A stretch of DNA of 64,000 nucleotides from an uncultured Acidobacteriota bacterium (GTDB lineage: Bacteria; Acidobacteriota; UBA6911): the NCBI GenBank assembly GCA_963827655.1, contig CAWHCF010000010.1, positions 192,001 to 256,000 of the forward strand, in the 5' to 3' direction. Position 1 is the stretch's first letter. Each line of letters starts with the position of its first letter. Shown one piece after another: positions 40,226-50,628 of this stretch. Under the pieces are notes generated by a model. That model made no database searches. It saw only the letters and a list, made by a program, of their open reading frames with translations, and had not been told where the DNA came from. Both the position numbers and the translations under genes were made by a program.

Positions 40226-43200
40226 ATGAAACCATTTGGCTTTGCAGTGATTGCGCGAGTCCTTCCCTTTTTCTTGATCCTGTCTTCCAGCTTCCACAGC
40301 GCTGGGGCAGGGTGAGCGAGGAGCTCTCAACGGCCTCGTAAGTGACATCAGCGGAGCCGTTGTGCCTGGCGCCGAGGTCATGGCGGTCAACAAAGACACC
40401 AGTGTCGAGACCAAAGCGGTCACCACCGATGCGGGCGTTTACCGGCTCCCTTACCTCCCTCCGGGAAACTACAGAGTGACGGCGAGCCTGCCTGGATTCA
40501 AGACGGCGATCGCCGAAACCGTCGTCCTCCACGTCGGCCAGACCCTTACCGTGGACTTCAAGCTCGAAGTCGGTGAGGTGTCCGAGAGAATCACGGTCAT
40601 GGCCGAGACCCCACTGCTCGAGTCAGGCACCGCGGAAGTGAGCCGCTATGTCACAAAGACGGAGTTCGACACCTGGCCGATCGCGGTTGCGGATGGCCAG
40701 CGCCAGATCCAGACGTTCATTTTCTCGAGTCTGCCGGGCACGGTTCGGTGGAACCTTTGAGGGCTCGATCAACGGGGGGCAATACTACTCGCACGAGATC
40801 CTGATCGAGGGAATCCCGCTCGGCCGGTTTGATCTACAGGGGGGAAGCAATAACGAGTTCAGCCCTTCGGCCGACGCGGTCAGTGAGTTCAAACTGCAAA
40901 GCGGAACCATGTCGGCCCAGTACACCGGCGGCCAGACGAGCGTTGCGAATTTTGCGATCAAATCTGGAACCAATGAGCTGCACGGTGCCGCATTCAGCTA
41001 CATCCAGAATGACGCGCTGAGAGCCAACGCTTTCAACAACAATGCCATCAACCGGGAAAGAGCCCCATACAAGCTGTTCAACTGGGGCTACGCCGTCGGG
41101 GGTCCGGTCTACCTCCCGAAGCTTTACGACGGTCGCAACAAGACCTTTTTCTTCACCAATCTCGAGAGCACACGCGTGCGGGATTACAACCCGGGTGGAT
41201 TCATCTCGCTTCCGGTCCCGAGATTCAAGCAGGGGGACTTCAGCCAGCTCTTTGATCCTTCCTTTACGGGAAACACGCGCTCCGGAAGTGTAGTTGGAAC
41301 CGACGCGCTCGGGCGCCCGATCACTTTCGGACAGATCTATGACCCGCGCACGATTCGCCAGGTCGGAGATGCCGTCGTACGCGATCCCTTCCCCGGCAAT
41401 ATCATCCCACAGGCTATGTGGAGTTCCGTCGCGAAGAATATTCTCCAGCAGGCGCCGATTACGGATCCGATCTTCCCGACGATGCTCAACAACTACCCGT
41501 CGATCGGCACCTGCTGCCCGGTGTTCGACGAGAAGATCTTGGCCATCAAGGGGGATCACATTATCAGCTCCAACCACCGCGTGTCGGCCTATTACAACCA
41601 GACGTGGCGGGAGCGCAACAACTCTCCGGGCGGACGCTGGGGTAACCCGCCAGGTACCCCGACCGGGGTCTATCAGCTTCAGAGCACGCCGGGACGGCTC
41701 GCTCGGCTCGCTGAAGACTGGACCATCAACAAGAGCCTCATAAACCATTTCGCGATTGGCTATAACCGGTTCGGTAACTATAACGAGAGCGTGTTCGTCG
41801 ATCAGGGATGGCCCGAAAAGATCGGTCTCCAGAATGTAGATCAGACCCACTTCCCGGTGTTGTTCTTCGACGGGTTGCCGATCCAGGGCGGCGGCATTGG
41901 CGCGGGGGGCCGGCTTGGTTCAGGAAACCGAGGCTTTGGCTACAACGGGAGCTGGATCACCCAGGACGACCTGACTTACATTCGAGGCAGGCACAACTTC
42001 AAGTTCGGGTTCGAGCTGCGGAAGTACTACTACAATAACGTCGGATAAGTCCGGCTCGGGTGACTTCCGATTCGATCCGATCACAACCCAGTTTCCCGGA
42101 TCCAGCGACAGCACTGGGCATGCTTTCGCAAGCTTTCTTCTGGGGGCGGTCCGCAGTACGACCCGCGGAATCAACCCGGACGAACCCCGGATATCGTGTT
42201 GCACAACCCGGATTCTACGCGATGGACGATTGGAAGATCACCCGCAAGCTGACTCTGAACCTCGGGCTTCGCTGGGAGCTCATCAGCGGCTACAACGAGG
42301 TGGTGGGGCGGGAGTCGGGGATCGACCTTGCCGCGCCGAACCCGGGGGCCGGGAACCGTCCGGGGGCGCTCGTCTTCGCCGAAGACCTGGGACGCAAAGG
42401 TTTCCAGGATTGGTACAAAAACATGATAGCGCCCCGGTTCGGCTTCGCCTATGCGGTTTCTGACAGGCTTGTCGTCCGTGGCGGTTACGGCATCACCAAC
42501 ATGCCGTTCGTGACCAATGGATTCTCCTTCCCGGATCTTTTCGGTTATAACGGGAGTATCAGCGTCACTCCGGCGAACACACCACTCCGTTTCGTTCAGG
42601 ATCCCGTGCTGTATCTGGACGATCGCTATCCGGATTTCCCCGGAACGCTGCCGAACAAGGACCCGGCGGGTAAGAACGGCCAGGGGATGATCTACATCGC
42701 GCCCGATTCAAACCGGGTCGGCTACACCCAGAACTACAACCTGGGGATTCAGTTTCAGCTTCCCGCCTCGACGGTGCTCGAGGTCAGCTATCTTGGCAAC
42801 AAGGGAACTCGTCTTGAAGCGAACGGACTCGACCAGCTCGACCAGCTTCCAGTTTCAATGCTGGCGCTCGGCGACAGGCTACTTGAGCCGCTGTCCGCCA
42901 ATCCCGGGCTGGCGCCTCTGCCCTATCCCGGCTTTAACGGGAGAGTGGCCCAGGCGCTGCGCGGGTATCCCCAATACAACGGGATTACCCAGATCTTCGC
43001 GAACTTCGGCACCTCGCACTACGACTCGCTGCAGTTAAGCTTGACGCGACACCTGACGAACGGGCTCGCCGTTCTGGGTGCCTACACCTGGTCAAAAGCG
43101 ATCACGGTCGGGTCCGACAGCGCGATCGACGCGAGGGCTTCTCAGGATGTATATAACCGCGACCTCGAAAAGTCGCTGACGCTCTACCATGTACCCCACT

Positions 43201-43781
43201 TTTTGAAGCTAACCTGGATTTACGACCTCCCCTTCGGAAAGGGGCGGCGGTTTAGCAGCGATAACCGTGCCGTCGATCTTCTGTTGGGAGGTTGGACGGT
43301 TACCGGAATCCACAACTACCGCTCCGGGAATCCGCTCGCTGTGTCAACGAGCGGCTTTACCACCGATGGGATCTTCAACGGCACTTTTCGTCCGGATGTC
43401 GTGGCGGGAGTGCCTCAGATCCTCAATGATAACGCGCCGGTCGGTGTCGGTTCGGGGGGCCCGGGCGATCCCTACCTGAACCCGGCGGCTTTCGCCCAGA
43501 TCCCGCGCTCGCCCAATCAGGTGCCGTTGCGGCTCGGAACGGCGCCGCGTATCCTCGATATTCGTGGCCCGCACCAGTTCAGCGAGGACTTCGGAGTTGG
43601 CAAAAAGTTCAATTTCGACGAAGTCCGGAGCTTCGAGTTGCGCGCGGACTTCTTCAACGCGTTCAACCGGGCCGGACGGGCAGACCCCGTCACCAACATC
43701 ACCAGCCCGCTGTTTGGAAAGATAACCGGATCCCAGCGCGGCCCGCGCAATATCCAGATTGAGATGCGCGTCAACTTCTAG
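40226..43781 (+). CDS. TonB-dependent receptor (carboxypeptidase-regulatory-like N-domain, Oar-like barrel); four apparent frameshifts (~40290, ~40745, ~42044, ~42177)
   Basis: RBS GAGGAGG-ATG; LPPGNYRVTASLPGFK, DAVSEFKLQ, KSGTNELHG, DDWKITRKLTLNLGLRWE, C-terminal PRNIQIEMRVNF. Confidence 0.9.
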
Positions 43782-43849
43782 AGAACCCTTCTTCGCGTCC
43801 TGGTGGCGAGTCTTTACCTGCTCACCGCCAGGACGCTTCGAGTCCCAAG

Positions 43850-45133
43850 TCAGTAGCCCTCGTACTCCCGCGTCGGAATCCACCTGCCGTCGACCATCAC
43901 GCGCCGGACATTCCTCAGGGCTCGGATGTCGGCGGCGGGGTTGCCTTCGACAACGATCAGATCGGCCAGCATCGCCGGCTTGAGGGTTCCCAGTTCATGC
44001 TCCCGGCGCAGGAACTCGGCGCCTCGCTGGGTGGCGGCGCGGATCACCTCCATCGGGGTCAGTCCGCACTCGACCAGAAGCTCGGTCTCCCGGAAGAAGG
44101 CTCTCCCGCGCTCGGCAAAAGGAACCGACGTGTGACTCCCCACAACCACGCGCGCGCCGGCGTCGTGAAGCGTCTTGACGAAGCTCATCATATTCTTGAA
44201 ACCCTTGACGGCCGTTACTTGAGCTGAGGTAGAGGGCGATCCCTCGCGGCGCTCGAAGACCGCGAGCGTCGGATCGACGAAGGTGCGCCGTTCGGAGATC
44301 AGCGCAAGCAGCGCCTTCGCCTGCAGACTGGAAAAATCCAATTCGGCCCACATGCGATATCGCCCCTCTCTCCGCGCGCTGTTATCCGCCAGGATGGCCT
44401 GGCGGTAAACCTCTCCTTGCCGGAGGGGGGCGAGGGCGACGCCGAAAGACGTGATGTGCTCGAGGCCGTCCAGCCCCATGCGAATCGCCTCGGCCGCATC
44501 CACGATCTCCAGGTGACCGGTCACCGGGACGCCTCGCGCATGCGCGGTCTCGATTACGGTCTTTATCAGATCCAGAGGGAGCCGGAAGTAGACCTTGATG
44601 GCGGTGGCTCCCTGCGCGATGACCTCCTCGGTCCAGCGCCGGGCTTCGAGCGGGCCCAGGATGACTCTGGAGTCCTTGGGATAGGCCGGCCCCGGTCCAT
44701 CAAGATGAGGGCCGGTAAGCGACATCCTCGGGCCCGGGAGATCGTTCTTGCGCATCATTTCCTTCAGGGACTCGAACTGTTCGATCCATTGCCCCGGATC
44801 GCGAAACGCGGTGATTCCGTAGGCCAGCTGTTTCAACGCCAGGTTGGGGTCATTTTCAATATGAAAGTGATGATCGATCAGTCCGGGCAGGACGAAGAAG
44901 CCGCGAAGATCGATGGTCGATGCGCCGGGAGGAGGCTGGATTCCGCTTGAGGGGCCCACCGCCTCAATGCGATTCCCGCGGACCACGAGCCTGCAGTCTA
45001 CGCAAGGGCGCGCCCCTGTGCCGTCAATAATCGTGGCTCCGTCCAGCACGATAGCGCTTTCCTGCTGGTAGAGAACGGAGGCGTTCCCAAAGATCGCCGC
45101 CAGCAAGAAAATTGAGTTCAGGGTTATTTTCAC
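43850..45133 (-). CDS. Secreted amidohydrolase family protein
   Basis: Signal peptide, LPGLIDHHFH, IKVY, GH, EH, LGTLKPAMLADLIVVEGNP. Confidence 0.9.
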   Translation of the reverse strand: MKITLNSIFLLAAIFGNASVLYQQESAIVLDGATIIDGTGARPCVDCRLVVRGNRIEAVGPSSGIQPPPGASTIDLRGFFVLPGLIDHHFHIENDPNLALKQLAYGITAFRDPGQWIEQFESLKEMMRKNDLPGPRMSLTGPHLDGPGPAYPKDSRVILGPLEARRWTEEVIAQGATAIKVYFRLPLDLIKTVIETAHARGVPVTGHLEIVDAAEAIRMGLDGLEHITSFGVALAPLRQGEVYRQAILADNSARREGRYRMWAELDFSSLQAKALLALISERRTFVDPTLAVFERREGSPSTSAQVTAVKGFKNMMSFVKTLHDAGARVVVGSHTSVPFAERGRAFFRETELLVECGLTPMEVIRAATQRGAEFLRREHELGTLKPAMLADLIVVEGNPAADIRALRNVRRVMVDGRWIPTREYEGY

Positions 45134-45188
45134 GATTTTCTTTGCGTCTTCGCGTCTCCGTGGTGAGCGTGCGGGAGCCGGACGCGAA

Positions 45189-45626
45189 CTACATTTCAGG
45201 AAACGCCCACGACTGCAGCAGGTCGGCGCGCGCCTTTTCGTCTGAAGCGACCATGCGAAGGACGTCCTGAGCCGAGATCATTCCCCGCGAATGACCCGAG
45301 CTATCCACGACAACGAGATGATAGATCTTGTTCTTTTCCATCAGCCGAACGCACTCTTCCACGCTGCTCTCGGGAGTTACGGTGATCAAACGGGTGGACA
45401 TTACCTCGCGGACTCTGGTCCAGGACGGGCACAGGTGTTCTGCGGCCACTTTGTTGGAGATGTCGCTCTGAGCGATCACGCCCACAGGGCACGTCTTGTC
45501 ATCGCACACTATCGTGGCGCGGACCTGCCGGTCGCGCAGATACATCGCCGCCCGATGGACCGTGTCATCCACGGAAAGGGAATAGACTTCGGTTCGATCG
45601 CCCAGCAGGTCTTTCACTGTAGCCAT
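45189..45626 (-). CDS. CBS domain pair protein
   Basis: TVKDLL, VREVMSTRLITVTPE, HLVVVD, GMISAQDV. Confidence 0.9.
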   Translation of the reverse strand: MATVKDLLGDRTEVYSLSVDDTVHRAAMYLRDRQVRATIVCDDKTCPVGVIAQSDISNKVAAEHLCPSWTRVREVMSTRLITVTPESSVEECVRLMEKNKIYHLVVVDSSGHSRGMISAQDVLRMVASDEKARADLLQSWAFPEM

Positions 45627-45638
45627 GGCATCCTCCTA

Positions 45639-45672
45639 CGATTTCGGATTGCGGATTTCGGATTGCGGATTG
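45639..45672. repeat. Family A heptamer tract (GATTTCG/GATTGCG)
   Basis: About five tandem heptamers just upstream of the CBS gene. Confidence 0.8.
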
Positions 45673-45713
45673 AAATGCTTTATTCTTGCCCGTTCACCGC
45701 CAATGCCGAAGGG

Positions 45714-46604
45714 TCAAGCAACCCGGTTGCGCAGGGTTCCGATCTCCGGGACGGTAATCTCGACCAGATCGCCGGACTGCAGAGTGAACTCGTCGGGAGG
45801 AACAATTCCGGTGCCTGTCAGCAGTATGACGCCGTGGGGGAATTCCTGTTCCTGGAAGAGGTACGTGACCAGGTCCTCGAAGGTTCGCTTCATCTGGGCC
45901 ACGCTGGTGCTGCCGTCGAACTCCACGCGGCCGTTGCGTCGAATCACAAGCCGAATGCCAAGCTGACGCACGTCCGGGACCGATTGAGCGAGGAGAATGG
46001 CCGGGCCGAGCGCGCATGAACCCAGGTAAACCTTGGCTTGCGGAAGATAGAGCGGGTTTTCGCCTTCGATATCGCGCGAACTCACGTCATTGCCGATCGT
46101 GTATCCCAGCACCTTCCCTGTGACGCTTACCACAAGAGCGATTTCCGGCTCGGGCACATTCCATTTCGAGTCGGCGCGAATCCGAATCGCGCCGTTCGGG
46201 CCGGCCACCCGATTTGGGGTCGCCTTGAAAAAGAGCTCCGGTCTGGCGGCGGAATAGACTTTGTCATAAAACGAACCGCCGGCCTCGCTTTCTTCCATCC
46301 GCGCCTCGCGGCTGCGAAGGTAAGTCACGCCCGCGGCCCAGACTTCCTGCTCGGTCACGGGAGGGAGCAGGTGTGGCCTGGCGCGATCGGGCGCGGTATC
46401 CAGTTCTGAGAATGGTATACCCGCATTCCTGGTTGCGCTGGTTCCCACAGCTTCCAGCCGTTGCGCCAGGTCATCGAGCGAGAACAATGCGGAAAAGGAT
46501 CCGAAGTGTTGCGGGTCGGCCGAATTCAGGTTGTAGACCTTATCGTCGCGCACCAGGCCGAGCGCGGGACCGGAGTCTGGGTTCCAGTAACGACAGAGTT
46601 TCAT
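45714..46604 (-). CDS. Fumarylacetoacetate hydrolase family protein, likely 2-keto-3-deoxypentonate dehydratase (XylX/KdaD-like)
   Basis: QEVWAAGVTYLRSR, RPELFFK, WNVPEPE, GNDVSSRDIEGENPLYLPQAKVY, LTGTGIVP. Confidence 0.88.
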   Translation of the reverse strand: MKLCRYWNPDSGPALGLVRDDKVYNLNSADPQHFGSFSALFSLDDLAQRLEAVGTSATRNAGIPFSELDTAPDRARPHLLPPVTEQEVWAAGVTYLRSREARMEESEAGGSFYDKVYSAARPELFFKATPNRVAGPNGAIRIRADSKWNVPEPEIALVVSVTGKVLGYTIGNDVSSRDIEGENPLYLPQAKVYLGSCALGPAILLAQSVPDVRQLGIRLVIRRNGRVEFDGSTSVAQMKRTFEDLVTYLFQEQEFPHGVILLTGTGIVPPDEFTLQSGDLVEITVPEIGTLRNRVA

Positions 46605-46605
46605 A

Positions 46606-46863
46606 TTGACGATTGACGATTGACGATTGACCATTATTGACGATCTTCTTTAGAAGATCGTCAATCGTAAATCGTCAATCGGTACACTCCATGGCTGCGC
46701 GTCCTTGCTCGCGCGAACGGGATGACGACTCGTTTATTCCCCCAAAGGCACCTGTGGTTCCACCGACGATTGGCGATCCTTTTTGGCAATCGTCAATCGT
46801 AAATCGTAAATCGTCAATCGGTTGACGATCTTCTTGGCAATCGTCAATCGTCAATCGTCAATC
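46606..46863. repeat. Composite family A array enclosing a diverged copy (46686-46763) of the adjacent ALDH 3' coding region (46911-46989)
   Basis: Heptamer tracts, hairpin TTGACGATCTTCT/AGAAGATCGTCAA, and a 69/79 identical direct repeat (manual alignment). Confidence 0.9.
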
Positions 46864-48339
46864 CTAAAGTCCGGCCCGGTCCATGTACACGGTTTTTATG
46901 CTGGTGAAGAACTCCATGGCCGCGCGCCCTTGCTCGCGCGAATGGGATGACGACTCCTTCATTCCACCAAAGGGAACCTGCGGCTCCACGCCGGCAGTTT
47001 CGCCGTTGACCTTCACGATGCCGGCTTCGATGCGGTTGACGTACTCTTGAATCGCATTGAGGTCGCGCGTGAAGATGCTGGCGCTGAGACCGTACCGGAC
47101 GTTGTTGGCGAGCTGTATGGCCTGGTCGAGATCGCGGGCCCGGGTCAGGGACAGCACCGGACCAAAAATCTCTTCCTGGAAGAGATGTGAATCCGGTTTC
47201 ACATCGCCGAAAATCGTCGGCTCTATGAAGTAGCCGTTCGCGAAAGAATCGCCGTCTGGAACGCCGCCGCCGCACAAGAGGCGCGCTTCGCGCTTCCCTC
47301 TTTCGATCGCCGCCAGGATCCCTTTATGTTGTTCCTCCGATACCACGGGCGGCACAACGGTAGACTCGTCCTTTCCGATCCCCAGTTTCAGAGCCCTGGT
47401 TTTTTCCATCAGTTTCTGAACGAAAGTCTCGTAAACCTGGTCGAGGACGATGGCGCGCGAAGTGGCGGTGCACTTCTGTCCCGCGTAGGCGAATGCCCCG
47501 CGCACCGTCAAGGTTGTGGCCTGCTCGAGATCGCAATCAGGCAAGATCAGGACGGGATTCTTTCCCCCCATCTCCAGCTGGCACTTCACACCCCGTTCAC
47601 TCGCCCAAGTTGCGATACGCCGGCCGACCGAGTTGGAACCCGTGAAGGAAACACCGTGTACCTTCTCGTTCTTGACCATCTCTGCGCCGAGAGTACCGCC
47701 CCCTCCCGTGATGAGATTGAGAACGCCGGGCGGAATTCCGGCCTGCTCAAAAACCTGCGCAATGAGCACGCCGCAGTGGGGCGTGACGCTCGCCGGTTTG
47801 AAGACCACGGTGTTGCCGTAAATCAGCGCCGGCGCAATTTTCCAGATCGGAATTGCGACCGGAAAATTCCAGGGCGTGATGATGCTCACCACGCCGAGAG
47901 GCGCGCGAGTTGTGTATATGAGGGTATTCGGATTGACGGACGGCACCACTTCGCCGACGCTGCGAAGTCCTTCGGCGGCATAGTAGCGGAGCAGCGCGAC
48001 GCCGCGCGCGGTTTCCCCTCGAGCTTCGGCGATGGTCTTGCCGTTTTCCCGCACCATCGCCTGCGCCACATCCTGCAGCTTCGACTCGAGAATGTCTGCG
48101 GCCTTGCGCAGGAACTCCCCACGAGCCCATCCCGACAGCTGCCTCCACTGTGGAAGCGCGCCATGCGCCGCGTCGATGGCCCTGCGTACATCATCCAAAT
48201 CCGCAGAAGCGAATTCACCGATAACGTCACGGGTATCCGCTGGATTGATTGAGGAGAACTTCTTGTCTCCGGCGGCGTTTGTCCAGCGACCATTGATAAA
48301 GTTCTGAAAGCTGCCGGGCATTTCTTTCGCCATCTTCAT
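46864..48339 (-). CDS. Aldehyde dehydrogenase, likely alpha-ketoglutaric semialdehyde dehydrogenase
   Basis: ITPWNFP, FTGS, LEMGGKN, GQKCTA, EEIFGPV, REQG; adjacent to an XylX-like gene. Confidence 0.88.
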   Translation of the reverse strand: MKMAKEMPGSFQNFINGRWTNAAGDKKFSSINPADTRDVIGEFASADLDDVRRAIDAAHGALPQWRQLSGWARGEFLRKAADILESKLQDVAQAMVRENGKTIAEARGETARGVALLRYYAAEGLRSVGEVVPSVNPNTLIYTTRAPLGVVSIITPWNFPVAIPIWKIAPALIYGNTVVFKPASVTPHCGVLIAQVFEQAGIPPGVLNLITGGGGTLGAEMVKNEKVHGVSFTGSNSVGRRIATWASERGVKCQLEMGGKNPVLILPDCDLEQATTLTVRGAFAYAGQKCTATSRAIVLDQVYETFVQKLMEKTRALKLGIGKDESTVVPPVVSEEQHKGILAAIERGKREARLLCGGGVPDGDSFANGYFIEPTIFGDVKPDSHLFQEEIFGPVLSLTRARDLDQAIQLANNVRYGLSASIFTRDLNAIQEYVNRIEAGIVKVNGETAGVEPQVPFGGMKESSSHSREQGRAAMEFFTSIKTVYMDRAGL

Positions 48340-48395
48340 CGATTTCCTCCGATTGCGAGCCAAGCTCAGTCGCGCTTCAATCCGCAATTCGCATT

Positions 48396-49535
48396 CTAGA
48401 GTTTTACCGTTTTCCCTGTTCGGGCCGCCTCGTAGATCGCCATCATGATCTTCAAGTCGCGCAATCCTTCTTCTCCGGGTGTCAGGGGCTCACTGTTATT
48501 CATGACGCACTCGGACATGTGATCCATCTCGAGAGCGAAATGATCCTGCTGTGGAAGCGTTCTCTCTTCAACGGCGCCTCCGCGGCCCACCCTCATGCGC
48601 AAGCCGGTGTAGCTCGTGGCCGGTTCGAGTTCGAACCATCCTTTGGTGGTAACGACGCGATAGCGGTTTTGTCCCGAGTAGCCGTAGCTTGAGGTGCAAT
48701 TGGCGAGAATGCCGCTCGGGAAGCGCAACTGAAAGTTGATGGTTTCTTCCACTTCTTTAAAGCGGACATCTCCGGCGGTGGTGTACATCATGGCGTTCAC
48801 TTCGACCGGTTCCTCCCCCGTAACGTAACGGGTGGCTTGCAGACTGTAGATTCCGATATCCATCAGCGAGCCTCCGCCGGCGAGATCTTTCTTCAGGCGC
48901 CACTGAGTCGGATCTCCGATGTTGAACCCGTGATCTCCGAGAATGACCTTGATCGGTCCCAATTCCTGGTCGCGAGCCATCTTGATCATCGCCTTGTTGA
49001 AGGGCTCGTAGCGGCAGCGGTAGGCTACCATGAGCTTGCGGTTCGCCTTGCGGCACGCTTCGATCATCTCCTGGCAGTCGGCCGGCGTATTGGCCATGGG
49101 CTTCTCGGCAAGAATGTGCTTGCCGGCGCGCGCTCCGCGTATGGTGTACTCGGCATGCATGCCGTTGGGAAGGACGATATAGATGATATCGACCTCAGGA
49201 TTGTCACGGATCGAATCGTAATTCTGATAGTTATAGATACTTTTGGGATTCACGCCATAGCGCTGTGCCAGCTTGTTGGCCTTTTCGGGGCTCCCGCTCA
49301 CGAACGCCACGACTCTCGACTTCTCGCACTTGGCGAAAGCGGGGAGGATCTGATTCATGGACAGGCGCCCGAGCCCGACGATGGCCCAACCCAGCTTCTT
49401 TCCCGGAGGCTCTGGAACTTGCTGGGCTTGAGCACGGCCAAAGAGCGACCCGGTGACATTGACGGCCACGATTCCCTGCCCGACCTTCCTGAAAAATGTC
49501 CGGCGGGAGCTTTCTTTGTGCGATGAATTGGACAT
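48396..49535 (-). CDS. Gfo/Idh/MocA oxidoreductase (glucose-fructose oxidoreductase/aldose dehydrogenase-like), Tat signal
   Basis: SRRTFF, WAIVGLG, VLPNGMHAE, EKPM, GGSLMDIGIY. Confidence 0.92.
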   Translation of the reverse strand: MSNSSHKESSRRTFFRKVGQGIVAVNVTGSLFGRAQAQQVPEPPGKKLGWAIVGLGRLSMNQILPAFAKCEKSRVVAFVSGSPEKANKLAQRYGVNPKSIYNYQNYDSIRDNPEVDIIYIVLPNGMHAEYTIRGARAGKHILAEKPMANTPADCQEMIEACRKANRKLMVAYRCRYEPFNKAMIKMARDQELGPIKVILGDHGFNIGDPTQWRLKKDLAGGGSLMDIGIYSLQATRYVTGEEPVEVNAMMYTTAGDVRFKEVEETINFQLRFPSGILANCTSSYGYSGQNRYRVVTTKGWFELEPATSYTGLRMRVGRGGAVEERTLPQQDHFALEMDHMSECVMNNSEPLTPGEEGLRDLKIMMAIYEAARTGKTVKL

Positions 49536-49778
49536 GGCGAACTCCTTGGTATGCCAGAGCGGTATGCTATGCCTTCGCCCTGCCCTCGGTCAATGTTTGT
49601 CAGAGTGGAGTAATGCGATCACTACTAACTTCTGATTCTCGAATTCCCGCGCTCGGGATGACTCCTCGAGTTCGACCAGCGGAAGGGCGCCCGCGAGATT
49701 TCAAGGAACGCACGCCGCGCCTGGCCTCAGCGTTTGGACGTCGTGCCCTCGTGGTTTTGATTTGATACAAGTTCGCGC

Positions 49779-50117
49779 TCAGGTTGCGATAATCTCGTTC
49801 AATCCTTCAACGACCTGATCTAATTCCTCTGCGGCCGCCCGACCAATTACCTTTCCTATCCTTTCGACCGCAAGGGTCCGAATCTGGCTAATTTTAACCC
49901 ACGATTTTTTCGGGAGCCCTCTTGCATGAAGTTCAAGCGTCAAAGGAAAGCCGGCGCGTTGAGGTTGACTTGTCAGAGCAACCGCAATTACCGTTCCGGA
50001 CCGTTCATTGAAGACGTCCTGGCTCAGAATCAAGACTGGACGTTGTCCTGCTTGTTCTCGGCCTCGTACCGGATTCAAGTTGGCCCAGCGGATCTCACCT
50101 CTCAGTATTCGGACCAT
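49779..50117 (-). CDS. mazF: Type II TA toxin, PemK/MazF family
   Basis: [29 protein letters not shown] ... SQIRTL; overlaps the antitoxin by 16 nt. Confidence 0.92.
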   Translation of the reverse strand: MVRILRGEIRWANLNPVRGREQAGQRPVLILSQDVFNERSGTVIAVALTSQPQRAGFPLTLELHARGLPKKSWVKISQIRTLAVERIGKVIGRAAAEELDQVVEGLNEIIAT

Positions 50118-50344
50118 TCCGCCAGGTCCTCGGATAGCCCTTCCTCCGCGAGCGCTTTTTCGAAAGTGGGATCAAGTTTCGCGCACTCCTGGGCAAGACG
50201 ACTTTTCTCGAGCCGCGCGAGTTTCTCCACAACAGCATCCTCTATGGCCTGACTACGGTTGGGAAAGACTTGTTTCTTGACCAGCTGATCGAGCCGATTC
50301 AGGGTCGACTCATCCAGAGAAATTGCAATTTTAGACCTTACCAT
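50102..50344 (-). CDS. Ribbon-helix-helix (CopG-like) antitoxin
   Basis: KIAISLD ... NRSQAI; acidic C-terminus; upstream of the toxin. Confidence 0.88.
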   Translation of the reverse strand: MVRSKIAISLDESTLNRLDQLVKKQVFPNRSQAIEDAVVEKLARLEKSRLAQECAKLDPTFEKALAEEGLSEDLAEWSEY

Positions 50345-50355
50345 GACTCACCTCA

Positions 50356-50378
50356 TGGTATGACAATACTTCATACCA
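50356..50378. promoter_or_regulatory. Probable TA autoregulatory operator
   Basis: Perfect inverted repeat TGGTATGA-N7-TCATACCA about 12 nt upstream of the antitoxin ATG. Confidence 0.7.
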
Positions 50379-50452
50379 CAACCCTGGGTCAAACCACGCG
50401 CCGGTCGGGACCGTCGATGCACGGCGCGACCCTCGGCCGCGACCAGATAACG

Positions 50453-50516
50453 GCCACAGATTCCACGAATTTCACGAAACCTAAATTGGGTCTGTGAAAT
50501 TCGTGTAATTCGTGGC
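50453..50516. repeat. 9-nt-periodic inverted repeat (CACGAATTT/AATTCGTG variant)
   Basis: GCCACAGATTCCACGAATTTCACGAA ... TCTGTGAAATTCGTGTAATTCGTGGC. Confidence 0.75.
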
Positions 50517-50628
50517 AGATGTTTTTCTCTGGTTATACGGGGGACAACTGCCGTGCGTCTACCATTGCGGCCCGCGCTTGCAGGCACAGGATCCTGGCCG
50601 TGATTCGACTCGAGACTCGAGCGCAATA

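Noticed and set aside
40226-43781. Pseudogene or programmed frameshifting in the TonB receptor and other split genes
   Set aside because: Indels are scattered window-wide with no consistent slippery motif and no other decay; sequencing error is more parsimonious.
46686-46989. Diversity-generating retroelement TR/VR pair
   Set aside because: Only 5 of 9 substitutions have A in the intergenic copy (coding strand), there is an indel, changes track third codon positions, and no reverse transcriptase is in the window.
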